32,000 nucleotides of DNA from Zavarzinia marina (GCF_021568905.1 NZ_JAKGSB010000001.1:1091639-1123638); one strand, 5' to 3'. Shown: positions 15,954-25,449, numbered from the stretch's first letter. Program-made: numbers and translations. The notes: a model not told the origin generated them from the letters alone.

Positions 15954-15963
15954 CGTTTTTTGC

Positions 15964-17163
15964 TCAGGCGACCGATTGGGTGAGATGGGCGGCGATCGCC
16001 TTTTTCACCGGGGCGAGGCCGTTGGCGACGCGCAGCATGGTCTTGCGCAGGGCCACCGCCGGCAGGGTCTCGTCGGTGAAGATGCCGGCGATCATGTTGG
16101 TCGCCTCATAGAGGGGCGCGGTGGCCAGACGGTGCACCCGGTCGTATTCCGCCAGCATGTTGCCGTCGGCGATGTCGAGGCCGATGGCGGCCGATTTGCG
16201 GATGCGCATCGAGAGCCGTTCCGCCGACTGCAGGCCGAAATTGAAGCCATGGGCGGTCACCGGATGCATGCCGACCGCGGCATCGCCGACCAGCGCCGCG
16301 CCCGGCACCGCGAAACTTTTGGCGAAGACGCCGACCAGGGGATAGCTGTGGCGCGTCGAGACGAGGCGCATGGCGCCCAGGCGGCCGTCGAAGCGCCGCG
16401 TCATCTCGGCGTTGAATTCGTCTTCGTCCATGGCCGCGACCTTGGCCATGCGCTCCGGCGGCAGGGTCAGCACGGCGGAGGCCTGAAGCCCGTCTCCCTG
16501 CGCGCCGTTGAGCGGCAGCAGGGCGAGGGTCTGGCCATAGCCGAACCATTCCCAGGCGATATGCTCGTGCGGCTTTTCGTGGGCCATGCGGCAGACCAGC
16601 ATGGTGCGGCCGAAATCGCGCCTGGTGGCGCCGATGCCCAGCATCTCGCGCGTCGCCGAAAAACGGCTGTCGGCGGCGACGACGAGACGGGCCTGAAGCG
16701 TCGTGCCGTCATCGAGGTCGAGACGGGTGCCGGCGGCGCCCAGACGCTCCAGCCCCACCACTTTCCGTCCATCGAGGATGGTGGCGCAGGCGCTGTCGCG
16801 CACCGCGTCGAAGGCGGCGCGGCGGATCAGATGATTGGGCACCAGGAAGCCGAGCTGATCCTGGCCGACGGTGCTGGCCTTGATGTTGAGGGCGAAGAGC
16901 GAGGGACCGTCCATGACGCGGGCATCGCGCAGGGGCGAAATCTCGGCCGCGTCGATCCGGGGCCAGAGGTCCAGATCCTCCATGATCCGGCGGGATTCAT
17001 GGGTCAGCGCGATTTCCCGCCCGTCGAAGGCGGGATCGGCCAGGGCGGCAAGCGGCTGGGGCTCGATCAGGGTGACGGTGAGGCCGCTGCCCGCCATGGC
17101 CCGGGCAAAGCAGAGCCCGGCGGGGCCGGCGCCGACGACGGCGATATCGACATCCATGACCAT
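15964..17163 (-). CDS. UbiH/UbiF/VisC/Coq6-family FAD-dependent hydroxylase.
   Basis: 399 aa. Contains the Rossmann motif DIAVVGAGPAGLCFA, DGREIALTHESRRIMEDLDLW and the GDAAVGMHPVTAHGFN FAD motif. Confidence 0.8.
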   Translation of the reverse strand: MVMDVDIAVVGAGPAGLCFARAMAGSGLTVTLIEPQPLAALADPAFDGREIALTHESRRIMEDLDLWPRIDAAEISPLRDARVMDGPSLFALNIKASTVGQDQLGFLVPNHLIRRAAFDAVRDSACATILDGRKVVGLERLGAAGTRLDLDDGTTLQARLVVAADSRFSATREMLGIGATRRDFGRTMLVCRMAHEKPHEHIAWEWFGYGQTLALLPLNGAQGDGLQASAVLTLPPERMAKVAAMDEDEFNAEMTRRFDGRLGAMRLVSTRHSYPLVGVFAKSFAVPGAALVGDAAVGMHPVTAHGFNFGLQSAERLSMRIRKSAAIGLDIADGNMLAEYDRVHRLATAPLYEATNMIAGIFTDETLPAVALRKTMLRVANGLAPVKKAIAAHLTQSVA

Positions 17164-17198
17164 CTGTCTGCTCCCTTATGCGCAGCCCGCCCGCGCCG

Positions 17199-18179
17199 TC
17201 AGCGGATCGCTTCGCGCAGGAAGGCGCCGATCCGCTCGATCGCGGCCCTGCCTTCGGGGATGTAGCGGGCAAAGGCATGCCAGACATGGGGCATCCGGTG
17301 CCAGATGTCCAGTTCGACCGGTACCCCGGCCGCCCGCAGGTTGGCCGCCATGCGCGTCGAATCCGACAATAGCACCTCGTCGGAACCGACATGGATCAGG
17401 CACGGCGGCAGGCCCGCGGCATCGCCGAAGATGGGCGAGGCTTCGGGATGCTTCGGATCCGCGCCCTGGAGATAGGTCCGCGCGCCATAGATCACGCCCG
17501 GCAGCGGAATCATGGGGTCGCTCGCGGCATGGAGGAAATGCGTATCCCCGGTCACCGTCAGGTCGAGATAGGGGGACATGCCGACCGCCGCGCCCGGCAT
17601 AGGCAGGCCCAGGGCCTTCAGGCGCATCAGAAGGCCGAAGGTAAGCCCCCCGCCCGCCGAATCGCCCATGACCGCGATCCGCTCCGGCTTCACGCCGAGG
17701 TCGAGCAGATGCTGATAGGCGGTCAGGCAATCGTCGATCTGCGCCGGGAAGGCATGTTCCGGCGCCAGACGATAGTCGATCACCAGCATGCGCGCCCGCG
17801 CCGCCCGGGCGATGCGCCAGGTGAAGCCGATATGGGTCTTCGGCGAGCACATGACATAGCCGCCGCCATGGAGATAGAGGATGTGGCGGTCTTCCGTCGC
17901 ATTCTCGGGGTTCAGCCAATGGCCCGGCACGCCGTTCGCGTCGACGTCGACCAGGGCGACGTCGGCGGGCGGCGGCGGCAGGCGCTTCGACAGGCGTTCG
18001 ACCCTCGCGCGGACCACCTGCACCGGAATGTCGAAGCGCAGGCGGTTCTTGAACATGCGCCGCAGGGTGAAGCGAAGCATCGCCGCGCGCAGGCTGATCC
18101 GGCGCGGCGGTGCGCCGTCGACCGAGACCATGAGCGCGCCCCGGCTGCTCTCCGTCAGTTCGTTGCCCGTCGACGACAT
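17199..18179 (-). CDS. Alpha/beta hydrolase, family IV (HSL-type) esterase/lipase.
   Basis: Contains the oxyanion motif HGGGY, the nucleophile elbow GDSAGG, and the downstream acidic and His residues (GSDEVL, MPHVWH). I chose the internal ATG at 18179 as the start. The track ORF extends to 18917 across the DUF1045 gene and that extension is spurious. Confidence 0.8.
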   Translation of the reverse strand: MSSTGNELTESSRGALMVSVDGAPPRRISLRAAMLRFTLRRMFKNRLRFDIPVQVVRARVERLSKRLPPPPADVALVDVDANGVPGHWLNPENATEDRHILYLHGGGYVMCSPKTHIGFTWRIARAARARMLVIDYRLAPEHAFPAQIDDCLTAYQHLLDLGVKPERIAVMGDSAGGGLTFGLLMRLKALGLPMPGAAVGMSPYLDLTVTGDTHFLHAASDPMIPLPGVIYGARTYLQGADPKHPEASPIFGDAAGLPPCLIHVGSDEVLLSDSTRMAANLRAAGVPVELDIWHRMPHVWHAFARYIPEGRAAIERIGAFLREAIR

Positions 18180-18250
18180 GTCCACCCTTCCCACGATCTT
18201 GCAGTCGAAGTGTTCATAGTGGCGCCGCGACCGGCCGCCTGCAAGGCTGG

Positions 18251-18943
18251 TCAGGCGCCGAGGGGATGGCGCGATGCGATGGTGAAATCGCCGCCGTTCA
18301 CCTGTTCGAACAGGCAGATTTCGGTGACGGCGATGGGCCTGCGGCCGAGAGCGCCGAAATGGCCGAGCGCGGCGGCCTCGATCCGCTCCCGCTCCGGCGA
18401 GGTCAGGCGCGTCGAAAGCGTCATGTGGAAGCGCCAGTCGTCGAACAGATGGGGATAGCCGAAGCCGGTCAGATTCGCTTCCTGGGACGGGGTCAGGCCA
18501 TGGGCCCGGCGCTTCGCCACTTCCGCCTCCCCCGCCGGGGCGCGGAAGGGCTCGAGCGCGCGGACGACGTGATCCGACAGGCGGCGCCAGGGCGCCATGT
18601 CGCCGTCCGGCACCAGGGCCAGGAACCCGCCGAGGCGCCCGACCTTCAGGGGCGGTGCCTCGAAGGCGGGGAAATCCCGTGCCGCCGCCGTCACGGCGGC
18701 ACGGAAGTCGTCGGCGCCGCGCCCCGCCGCCAGGCGCAGCGGCGGCTTCAGGGTCGCGTGGAAACCGTAACGCCTCGGATCCGCCGTCAGGTCGGCGAAA
18801 CGCGCCGGCGTGACCGGGGAGACCGTGGGCTGGGTCCGGGCCTCGCCCGTCGCCGGGTCGCGGCCCAGCCATTGCGCGCCCAGGCGGTGCAGCATCGATC
18901 CTTCGGGCGGCGCCCAATAGACCGCGAAGCGGCGATCGCTCAT
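18251..18943 (-). CDS. DUF1045 2H-phosphoesterase-family protein, associated with phosphonate metabolism.
   Basis: Contains two H-x-T motifs (GFHATLK and RFHMTLS). It starts at an ATGA overlap with the phnM stop. Confidence 0.75.
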   Translation of the reverse strand: MSDRRFAVYWAPPEGSMLHRLGAQWLGRDPATGEARTQPTVSPVTPARFADLTADPRRYGFHATLKPPLRLAAGRGADDFRAAVTAAARDFPAFEAPPLKVGRLGGFLALVPDGDMAPWRRLSDHVVRALEPFRAPAGEAEVAKRRAHGLTPSQEANLTGFGYPHLFDDWRFHMTLSTRLTSPERERIEAAALGHFGALGRRPIAVTEICLFEQVNGGDFTIASRHPLGA

Positions 18944-20079
18944 CACATCACCCGAAGGCCGTCGCGCCACACCGTCTCCACCACGGGCATGGCGTCGTGG
19001 CGTTTCACCCGAAGCAGGTCCGCCCGCTTGCCGGGCGCGATGCTGCCGATTTCGTCCATGCCGATCGCCTCCGCCGGGTGGGCGCTGACCGTCGCGATGG
19101 CGTCGGCAAGGCCGATCCCCATCTCGTCATGCAGGGCGAAGGCGCCGATCAGCATGGAGGCGGGCACATAGTCCGACGCCATGATGTCGAGCACGCCGGC
19201 CCGCGCCAGATCGGCGACCGAGACATTGCCGCTGTGGGATCCGCCACGAACCAGATTGGGCGCGCCCGCGATCACCATCATGCCCTGGCCATGGGCCGCC
19301 TTCGCGGCCTCCAGGCTGGTCGGGAATTCCGAGAGGGTGATGCCGTCCGCCAGCGCCTCCGCCACTTCTTCCGCCGTCCGGTCGTCGTGGCTGGCGACAG
19401 GGACGTTGCGCGCCCTGGACAGCGCGATGATCGCGGCCCGATGCTTGGGACCGACGGCATCGCGGAGGCTGCGGCGCTTCTCGACATAGGCGTCGAATTC
19501 GGCGTCGGTCATCTGGGGGTATTGCTGGCGGTATTTGGCGACATTGACGAATTGGCGCTGGCCCGGCGTGTGGTCCATGACCGAGGTCAGGCGCAGGTCC
19601 GGATCGTCCACCAGGGACGAGAACAGTTCGACCACCTGTTCGAAGCCGATCTCGCAGCGCAGATGCAGCGCATGGCGGGCCTTGAACATGCCGGCGTCGC
19701 GCCCGCCGCGCCAGGCCTCGATCGCCTGGGTGAAGGTCTTCACCCGTTCGCCGTCGGGCCAGACGTCGCCCACCGCCAGACTGTCGAGCACGGTGGTGAT
19801 GCCGCCGGCCACCACCTGGCGATCATGGGCGATCACCGCCGCCCGTGCCGGCCAGGGCACGCGCACGCGCGGCATCATGTGCTTCTCGATGTTGTCGGTA
19901 TGGAGATCGACGAGGCCGGGCAGCAACAAGTCGCCTTCGAGGTCATGGGCAGCGGCCAGCCCGCTGATGCCGGGCTGAACCGCCGCGATCCGCCCGTCCC
20001 GGACGACGACGGTGGCGCCGTCCAGCACGGCGTCACGCATCACCACCCGTGCATTGGTCAGAACGGTCTCTGCGGTCAT
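18943..20079 (-). CDS. phnM: Alpha-D-ribose 1-methylphosphonate 5-triphosphate diphosphatase.
   Basis: 378 aa. An amidohydrolase fold with the PGLVDLHTDNIEKH motif, located after phnL. Confidence 0.85.
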   Translation of the reverse strand: MTAETVLTNARVVMRDAVLDGATVVVRDGRIAAVQPGISGLAAAHDLEGDLLLPGLVDLHTDNIEKHMMPRVRVPWPARAAVIAHDRQVVAGGITTVLDSLAVGDVWPDGERVKTFTQAIEAWRGGRDAGMFKARHALHLRCEIGFEQVVELFSSLVDDPDLRLTSVMDHTPGQRQFVNVAKYRQQYPQMTDAEFDAYVEKRRSLRDAVGPKHRAAIIALSRARNVPVASHDDRTAEEVAEALADGITLSEFPTSLEAAKAAHGQGMMVIAGAPNLVRGGSHSGNVSVADLARAGVLDIMASDYVPASMLIGAFALHDEMGIGLADAIATVSAHPAEAIGMDEIGSIAPGKRADLLRVKRHDAMPVVETVWRDGLRVM

Positions 20080-20101
20080 CGAAACAAATCCCTCACGACA
20101 A

Positions 20102-20800
20102 TCAGGCAGCCTGTTCGGCGGGGCGCATGGCGAACAGGCGGGTCGCGATGCGCGTGCGCATGGTCTGATCGTGGCAGATAGCGACCATGGCGGCGCCCCT
20201 GCCCCGCGCTTCCCCGATCAGATCGGCCACGACCTCGGCATTGGCGGCGTCGAGGGAGGCGGTCGGCTCGTCGAGGAGGAGCAGCGGCCAATCGACCAGG
20301 AAACCGCGCGCGATGTTCACGCGCTGCTGCTCCCCGCCCGAAAAGGTCGCCGGCGGCAGGGACCAGAGTTTCTCCGGCAGGTTCAGGCGGCGCAAGAGGG
20401 TGGCGGCGCGGTCCCGGGCTTCGCCGGTGGAAACGCCGCGTGCCCTGGCCGGTTCCGCCACGATGTCCAGGGCGGAGACGCGCGGCACCACGCGCAGGAA
20501 CTGGCTGACGTAGCCGATGGTGTCGCGCCGCAGCGCCAGCACCTGGCGCGGTTCCGCCGTCGCGATATCGGTCCCGGCGATCCGGACATGGCCGGTCGAG
20601 ACCCGATAGGTGCCGTAGATCACCTTCAGCAGGGTCGATTTGCCGACGCCGGACGGCCCGTCCAGCACCACGCATTCGCCGGGGGCGACATCGAGATCGA
20701 CATGGTCGAGCACGTCGAGGCGAAGCCCGCCACGCAGATGCTGCACGAAATGCTTGGAGACGCCGCGCAGCGCCAAGGTCGTTTGAGGGTTCATCGTCAT
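20102..20800 (-). CDS. phnL: C-P lyase system ATP-binding protein PhnL.
   Basis: 232 aa. Contains the Walker A motif GPSGVGKST, the ABC signature FSGGEQQR and the Walker B motif LLLLDEP. It follows phnK. Confidence 0.85.
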   Translation of the reverse strand: MTMNPQTTLALRGVSKHFVQHLRGGLRLDVLDHVDLDVAPGECVVLDGPSGVGKSTLLKVIYGTYRVSTGHVRIAGTDIATAEPRQVLALRRDTIGYVSQFLRVVPRVSALDIVAEPARARGVSTGEARDRAATLLRRLNLPEKLWSLPPATFSGGEQQRVNIARGFLVDWPLLLLDEPTASLDAANAEVVADLIGEARGRGAAMVAICHDQTMRTRIATRLFAMRPAEQAA

Positions 20801-21576
20801 GCCGCCAGCACCGAGGAGACGAGAAGCTGGGTATAGGGTTCGCGCGGATCGTCCAGCACCTGATCGGTCAGCCCGCTTTCGATCACGCGGCCGCCCTGCA
20901 TCACCATCAGGCGATGGGCGAGAAGCCGCGCGACGCCGAGGTCATGGGTGACGATCACCACGGTCAGGCCGAGATCGGCGACCAGCCCGCGCAGCAGGTC
21001 GAGGAGACGTGCCTGCACCGAAACGTCGAGGCCGCCCGTCGGCTCGTCCATCAGGACGAGACGGGGCCCGGAGACGAGATTGCGCGCGATCTGCAGGCGT
21101 TGCTGCATACCGCCCGAAAAGGTGGTGGGCCGATCGTCGACGCGGCCCGCCTCAATCTCCACCCGTTCCAGCCAGTCGAGGGCGGCGGCGCGGATCCGGC
21201 CGTAGTGGCGCGCGCCATCGGCCATCAGGCGCTCGCCGACATTGCCGCCCGCCGTGACCGCGAGACGCAGGCCATCCCTCGGGTTTTGATGCACGAAGGC
21301 GAGTTCGGTGCGGCCGAGGTGGCGGCGGCGGGCTTCGGAAAGGTCGTTCAGGTCGACCATGTCGCCGCCCGCCATGCGGTAATGGATGGTGCCGGCGTCC
21401 GGCGCCAATTGTCCGCCCAGCAGCTTGAGCAAGGTCGTCTTGCCCGAACCGGACTCGCCGACGATGCCGAGCACCTCGCCGGGCCAGAGACGGAAGGAAA
21501 CATCCCGCACGCCACGCCCGTTGCCGTAGTCGAGGGCGAGGTCGCGGACCGAGAGCAATGCATCGTCACGCGTCAT
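20797..21576 (-). CDS. phnK: C-P lyase system ATP-binding protein PhnK.
   Basis: 259 aa. Contains the Walker A motif GESGSGKTT, the signature FSGGMQQR and the Walker B motif LVLMDEP. It overlaps phnL by 4 nt. Confidence 0.88.
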   Translation of the reverse strand: MTRDDALLSVRDLALDYGNGRGVRDVSFRLWPGEVLGIVGESGSGKTTLLKLLGGQLAPDAGTIHYRMAGGDMVDLNDLSEARRRHLGRTELAFVHQNPRDGLRLAVTAGGNVGERLMADGARHYGRIRAAALDWLERVEIEAGRVDDRPTTFSGGMQQRLQIARNLVSGPRLVLMDEPTGGLDVSVQARLLDLLRGLVADLGLTVVIVTHDLGVARLLAHRLMVMQGGRVIESGLTDQVLDDPREPYTQLLVSSVLAA

Positions 21577-22417
21577 GGCCGGCCTCCGCCTGGCGCTCGG
21601 CGCAGTGATCGGTGTCGGAACAGACGAACATGCGCCCGCCCTTGTCGTCGGTCACGATCTCGTCGAGGAAGCTTTCGGTATCGCCGCAGAGCGCGCAGGG
21701 CGTGCCCGGATGATCGATGTCGAAGGGGTGATCCTCGAAATCCAGGCTGCGCACCGGGGTATGGGGCGGGATGGCGTAGATCCGCTTTTCCCGCCCCGCC
21801 CCGAACAATTGCAGGGCCGGACAGTCGGAGAGTTTCGGATTGTCGAACTTGGGGATCGGGCTCGGGCTCATCATGTAACGGTCCGCGACCTCGACCGGAT
21901 AGTCGTAGGAGCGCTTGATCTTGCCGTGGATGGCGATGTCCTCGTAGAGCTCGACCTGCATCACGCCGTAGTCGCCGAGGGCGTGGAGCGCGCGGGTCTC
22001 GGCCTCGCGCGGCTCCAGCCAGCGCAAGGGTTCCGGGATCGGCACCTGATAGACCAGGATCTGGTCCCCGGTCAGGGGCGTTTCGGGCACGCGGTGACGG
22101 GTCTGGATCACGGTTGCCTCCGCCGTCCGCGTGGTGGTCGCCACGCCCGCCGTCCTCGCGAAGAAGCGGCGGATCGAGACCGCGTTGGTGGTGTCGTCCG
22201 CGCCCTGGTCGATGACCTTCAAGGTGTCGTCGGCCCCCAGCACCGAGGCCGTCACCTGAATGCCGCCGGTGCCCCAGCCGTAGGGCAAGGGCATCTCGCG
22301 CGAGGCAAAGGGCACCTGATAGCCGGGCACCGCCACCGCCTTCAGGATGGCGCGGCGGATCATGCGCTTGGTCTGTTCGTCGAGATAGGCGAAATTGTAA
22401 CCCTCGGTGCCGCTCAT
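21566..22417 (-). CDS. phnJ: C-P lyase catalytic subunit PhnJ (alpha-D-ribose 1-methylphosphonate 5-phosphate C-P lyase).
   Basis: The internal ATG at 22417 forms an ATGA overlap with the phnI stop. The product contains YNFAYLDEQTKRMIRRAILKA, PYGWGTGG and the C-terminal Cys cluster CALCG...VCSDTDHC. The 5' extension in the track ORF is spurious. Confidence 0.92.
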   Translation of the reverse strand: MSGTEGYNFAYLDEQTKRMIRRAILKAVAVPGYQVPFASREMPLPYGWGTGGIQVTASVLGADDTLKVIDQGADDTTNAVSIRRFFARTAGVATTTRTAEATVIQTRHRVPETPLTGDQILVYQVPIPEPLRWLEPREAETRALHALGDYGVMQVELYEDIAIHGKIKRSYDYPVEVADRYMMSPSPIPKFDNPKLSDCPALQLFGAGREKRIYAIPPHTPVRSLDFEDHPFDIDHPGTPCALCGDTESFLDEIVTDDKGGRMFVCSDTDHCAERQAEAGHDA

Positions 22418-23505
22418 TCCGCCGCCTCCCTGTTCTCGTCCCGCCGCGCCGCGCGCAATGCCCGGACCAGCTGGAGCTCGGCCTGGAAGTCGACGTAATG
22501 GGGCAGTTTCAGGTGCTGCACGAAGCCCGACGCCTCGACGTTGTCGGCGTGGGAAAGGACGAATTCCTCGTCCTGGGCCGGACCCTGGATCGCTTCCCCC
22601 AGTTCCTCGGCCCTGAGCGCCCGGTCGACCAGGGCCATGGCCATGGCCTTGCGTTCGCCCCGGCCGAAGACGAGGCCGTAGCCGCGGGTGAATTGGGCCG
22701 GACGTTCGGCATCGCCCTTGAACTGATTGACGCTCTGGCATTCGGTCACCACCAGATCGCCGATGTCGACCGCGAAGCCGAGTTCCGGCACATCGACCTC
22801 GACCGAGACCGCGCCCTGGCGGATCTCGCCGGCGAAGGGATGATTGCGACCGTAGCCGCGCTGGGTCGAATAGCCGAGCGAGAGCACGAAGCCTTCGTCA
22901 CCGCGCGCGAGGCCCTGAAGGCGAAGCGGCCGGCCGGCGGGATAGGTCAGCGGTTCGCGCGTCAGATCGGGCACCGGGCCGCTCTCGTCGGCGGGCGGCG
23001 TCTCGCGTTCCATCAGGCCCTCGTCCGCCAGCAGGTCGAGGACGCGGGGCATGGCGGGGTCCAGGGGCTCGGCCGTCGGTGCCTCGGGCGCCTCGCCGTC
23101 CGCCGCCAGGGCGAAGTCGAGCAGGCGGTGGGTATAGTCGTAGGTCGGGCCCAGCACCTGCCCGCCCGGCAGATCCTTGAAGGTCGCCGAGATGCGGCGG
23201 TCGATGCGCATGGCGGCGGTATCGACCGGCATGCTGGCACCAAAGCGCGGCAGGGTGGTGCGATAGGCGCGCAACAGGAACACCGCCTCGATCACGTCGC
23301 CCTGGGCCTGTTTCAGCGCCAAAGCCGCGAGATCCCGGTCGTAGAGGGAGGCTTCTGCCATCACCCGGTCGACCGCCAGGCCCAATTGTTCGGCGATCTG
23401 GTCGGGCGTGACCTCGGGGATCGCGGGATCGCCGCGCCGCTCCTCCGCCAGCCAGTCGTGGGCGGCGTCGATCGCCGCTTCACCGCCTTTTACCGCGACA
23501 TACAT
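22414..23505 (-). CDS. phnI: C-P lyase core component PhnI.
   Basis: 363 aa. It starts MYVAVKGGEAAI, has a C-terminal FVQHLKLPHYVDFQAEL block, and lies between phnH and phnJ. Confidence 0.9.
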   Translation of the reverse strand: MYVAVKGGEAAIDAAHDWLAEERRGDPAIPEVTPDQIAEQLGLAVDRVMAEASLYDRDLAALALKQAQGDVIEAVFLLRAYRTTLPRFGASMPVDTAAMRIDRRISATFKDLPGGQVLGPTYDYTHRLLDFALAADGEAPEAPTAEPLDPAMPRVLDLLADEGLMERETPPADESGPVPDLTREPLTYPAGRPLRLQGLARGDEGFVLSLGYSTQRGYGRNHPFAGEIRQGAVSVEVDVPELGFAVDIGDLVVTECQSVNQFKGDAERPAQFTRGYGLVFGRGERKAMAMALVDRALRAEELGEAIQGPAQDEEFVLSHADNVEASGFVQHLKLPHYVDFQAELQLVRALRAARRDENREAAE

Positions 23506-23513
23506 GGCCGCCC

Positions 23514-24122
23514 CTATCGGATCGCGACGGTGCGGGGCAGGCCCGCGACCCGGTCGCCACAGCAGAGCAGAAGATCGACCCCCAGCGGGAAATCCGGCCG
23601 CTGGTCGGCCCAGGCATGCTTGAAACCCGCCGGCAGGCCCGCGACACGGAGCACGGTCTCGCCCGCGATGCCGGGGCCGGAGAGGGTCAGCACCTCCCCC
23701 GTCTCGAGCGACGAGACCTCGACGATCACGGTCGCCGCCCGGTCGGGGAAATCGGCGGTGCCCGCCGCGAAGCGCGACAGGGGCAGCAATCCGGCCGCGG
23801 GCACGACGGCGAAAGCGGCGTCGCCCGTGGTCGCGGCCAGCGGCGCGCCGCAGGAACCGGCGACGAAGGCTTCCGCCGCCCTGCCCGCGCCCGCCAGATG
23901 GACCGGCGTATCGAGATCGGCCAGCACGGCGAGCACGGTCGCCGCCGCCGGCGAAAGCCCGGCCGGGGCCCGCGCCGGCCGCGCCAGCCGTTCCACCCGG
24001 CCCGGCCGCGACAGCACCGACAGAACCGCGCGGAAGCCCGCCTGGGCCTGATGGACCGGCTCCTCGAAACCGGCCGAAAGCCCGTCGATCAGCGCCGCGT
24101 CGGACATCGCCCCCTCAGACAT
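23514..24122 (-). CDS. phnH: C-P lyase component PhnH.
   Basis: 202 aa. Contains GFEEPVHQAQAGFRAVLSVLSRPG, the typical PhnH N-terminus. It overlaps phnG by 8 nt. Confidence 0.85.
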   Translation of the reverse strand: MSEGAMSDAALIDGLSAGFEEPVHQAQAGFRAVLSVLSRPGRVERLARPARAPAGLSPAAATVLAVLADLDTPVHLAGAGRAAEAFVAGSCGAPLAATTGDAAFAVVPAAGLLPLSRFAAGTADFPDRAATVIVEVSSLETGEVLTLSGPGIAGETVLRVAGLPAGFKHAWADQRPDFPLGVDLLLCCGDRVAGLPRTVAIR

Positions 24123-24597
24123 CGCCTCTGACCATCGTGAAGAAGTCGACCCTTGTGGCCGCCGCCTTGGCGGCGCGTTCGGCCCGCGCCGCTTCGATCC
24201 GGGCCGCGAGCGGCGCGACCAGATCGCGTTCCAGACCGGGGCCGTGCGCCGGATCCTGCAGCAAGATGTCGAGGCGGGCGACCAGTTCCGCCTTGGCCCG
24301 GTCGCGCCCCGCGACCATGCCGACGCCGATGCGCCCGGCCTCGTCCGAAAGGGTGCAGCGGCTGACCGTCATTTCGCCGAGATTGAACCGCTCCCCCGTG
24401 CCGCCGGCGCGCCCGCGCACCATGACGAGGCCGGTTTCCGCCGGCTTCAGCACGCGGACGGCGGGGGCGCCGCCCGCGACGCCCGCCAGCGCATCCGCCA
24501 GCATCTGACGCGGGGCCCGCGCCAGCAGACCGAGACGAAGGCGCCGGGCCGAAGCCGGGCCGTCCGCCGCCGCTTCCGTTTTCTCGACCGTGTTCAT
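24115..24597 (-). CDS. phnG: C-P lyase component PhnG.
   Basis: 160 aa. It is the first gene of the operon. Contains GLVMVRGRAGGTGERFNLGEMTVSRC, the typical PhnG block. Confidence 0.85.
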   Translation of the reverse strand: MNTVEKTEAAADGPASARRLRLGLLARAPRQMLADALAGVAGGAPAVRVLKPAETGLVMVRGRAGGTGERFNLGEMTVSRCTLSDEAGRIGVGMVAGRDRAKAELVARLDILLQDPAHGPGLERDLVAPLAARIEAARAERAAKAAATRVDFFTMVRGDV

Positions 24598-24615
24598 GAG
24601 CCCTTCGCCATATTG

Positions 24616-24629
24616 TCTAGTCGTCTAGA
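24616..24629. promoter_or_regulatory. Candidate PhnF (GntR/HutC) operator TCTAGTCGTCTAGA in the phnG-phnF divergent promoter region.
   Basis: A 12/14 palindrome, identical in reverse complement to the site at 25450-25463. It overlaps a plausible phnF promoter, TTGTCT-N17-TAGAAT (24613-24641). Confidence 0.55.
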
Positions 24630-24677
24630 TGACTGTAGAATGCCTGCCGAAATCGGTCGGGACAAGGGGGATCTATC

Positions 24678-25409
24678 GTGCCATTGGTCGACGAAAGACG
24701 CGGACGCGGCCTCGCCATCTGGGCGCAGATCGCCGAAACCCTGCAGGACGAGATCAAGCGCGGCGTCGCCAAGCCGGGGGAACGTCTGCCGCCGGAGGCC
24801 GAACTGGCCGCGCGCTTCCGCGTCAACCGCCATACGCTGCGCCGGGCCGTCGCCGCCCTTCAGGAAGCGGGCGTGGTGCGCATCGAACAGGGCCGCGGCA
24901 CCTTCGTCGCGGAGGATGTCATCGATTACGCGCTGGGCCAGCGGACCAGACTGTCCGAGAACATCCGCAAGCTCGACCGAACCCCCGGCTCCACCTTCCT
25001 GCGCGGGCTGGAACTGCCGGCGCCCGCCCGCATCGCCAAGGCGCTGGCCATCCGCGCCGGGCGGCCGCTGATCCTGCTGGAGACGCTGTCCTTCGCCGAC
25101 GGCCGCCCGCTCAGCGTCAGCGCCCATTATTTCCCGAAGGCCCGCTTCGACGGTATCATCGAGGATTACCGCCGCCTCGGTTCGATCACCAAGGCCCTGG
25201 CGGAACGAGGCATAGACGACTATCTGCGCAAGGTGACCAGGATCACGGCGCAATTGCCGGATGCCGCCGATGCCCATCTGCTGCAACAGCCGCGCAATCA
25301 GCCGATTCTGGTGTCGGAGGCGGTGAACGTCGACCTTGCGGGCACGCCGATCGAATTCGGCTACAGCCGATTCTCGGGCCCTCGCGCCCAATTCACCCTG
25401 GAAAACTGA
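24678..25409 (+). CDS. phnF: GntR/HutC-family phosphonate-utilisation regulator PhnF.
   Basis: 243 aa with a GTG start. Contains the winged helix-turn-helix LPPEAELAARFRVNRHTLRRAVAALQEAGVVRIEQGRGTFV and a UTRA-like C-terminal domain. It is divergent from phnG. Confidence 0.85.
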   Translation: MPLVDERRGRGLAIWAQIAETLQDEIKRGVAKPGERLPPEAELAARFRVNRHTLRRAVAALQEAGVVRIEQGRGTFVAEDVIDYALGQRTRLSENIRKLDRTPGSTFLRGLELPAPARIAKALAIRAGRPLILLETLSFADGRPLSVSAHYFPKARFDGIIEDYRRLGSITKALAERGIDDYLRKVTRITAQLPDAADAHLLQQPRNQPILVSEAVNVDLAGTPIEFGYSRFSGPRAQFTLEN

Positions 25410-25449
25410 CGCCGCCATGTCGCCGCACCCGCCCCGTCCTCGACATAGG

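Noticed and set aside
24598-24677. A Pho box upstream of phnG (CAGTCAT-ctag-ACGACTA on the minus strand).
   Set aside because: The first half-site is 6/7 but the second is only 2/7. The match largely coincides with the PhnF-box, so it is not convincing.
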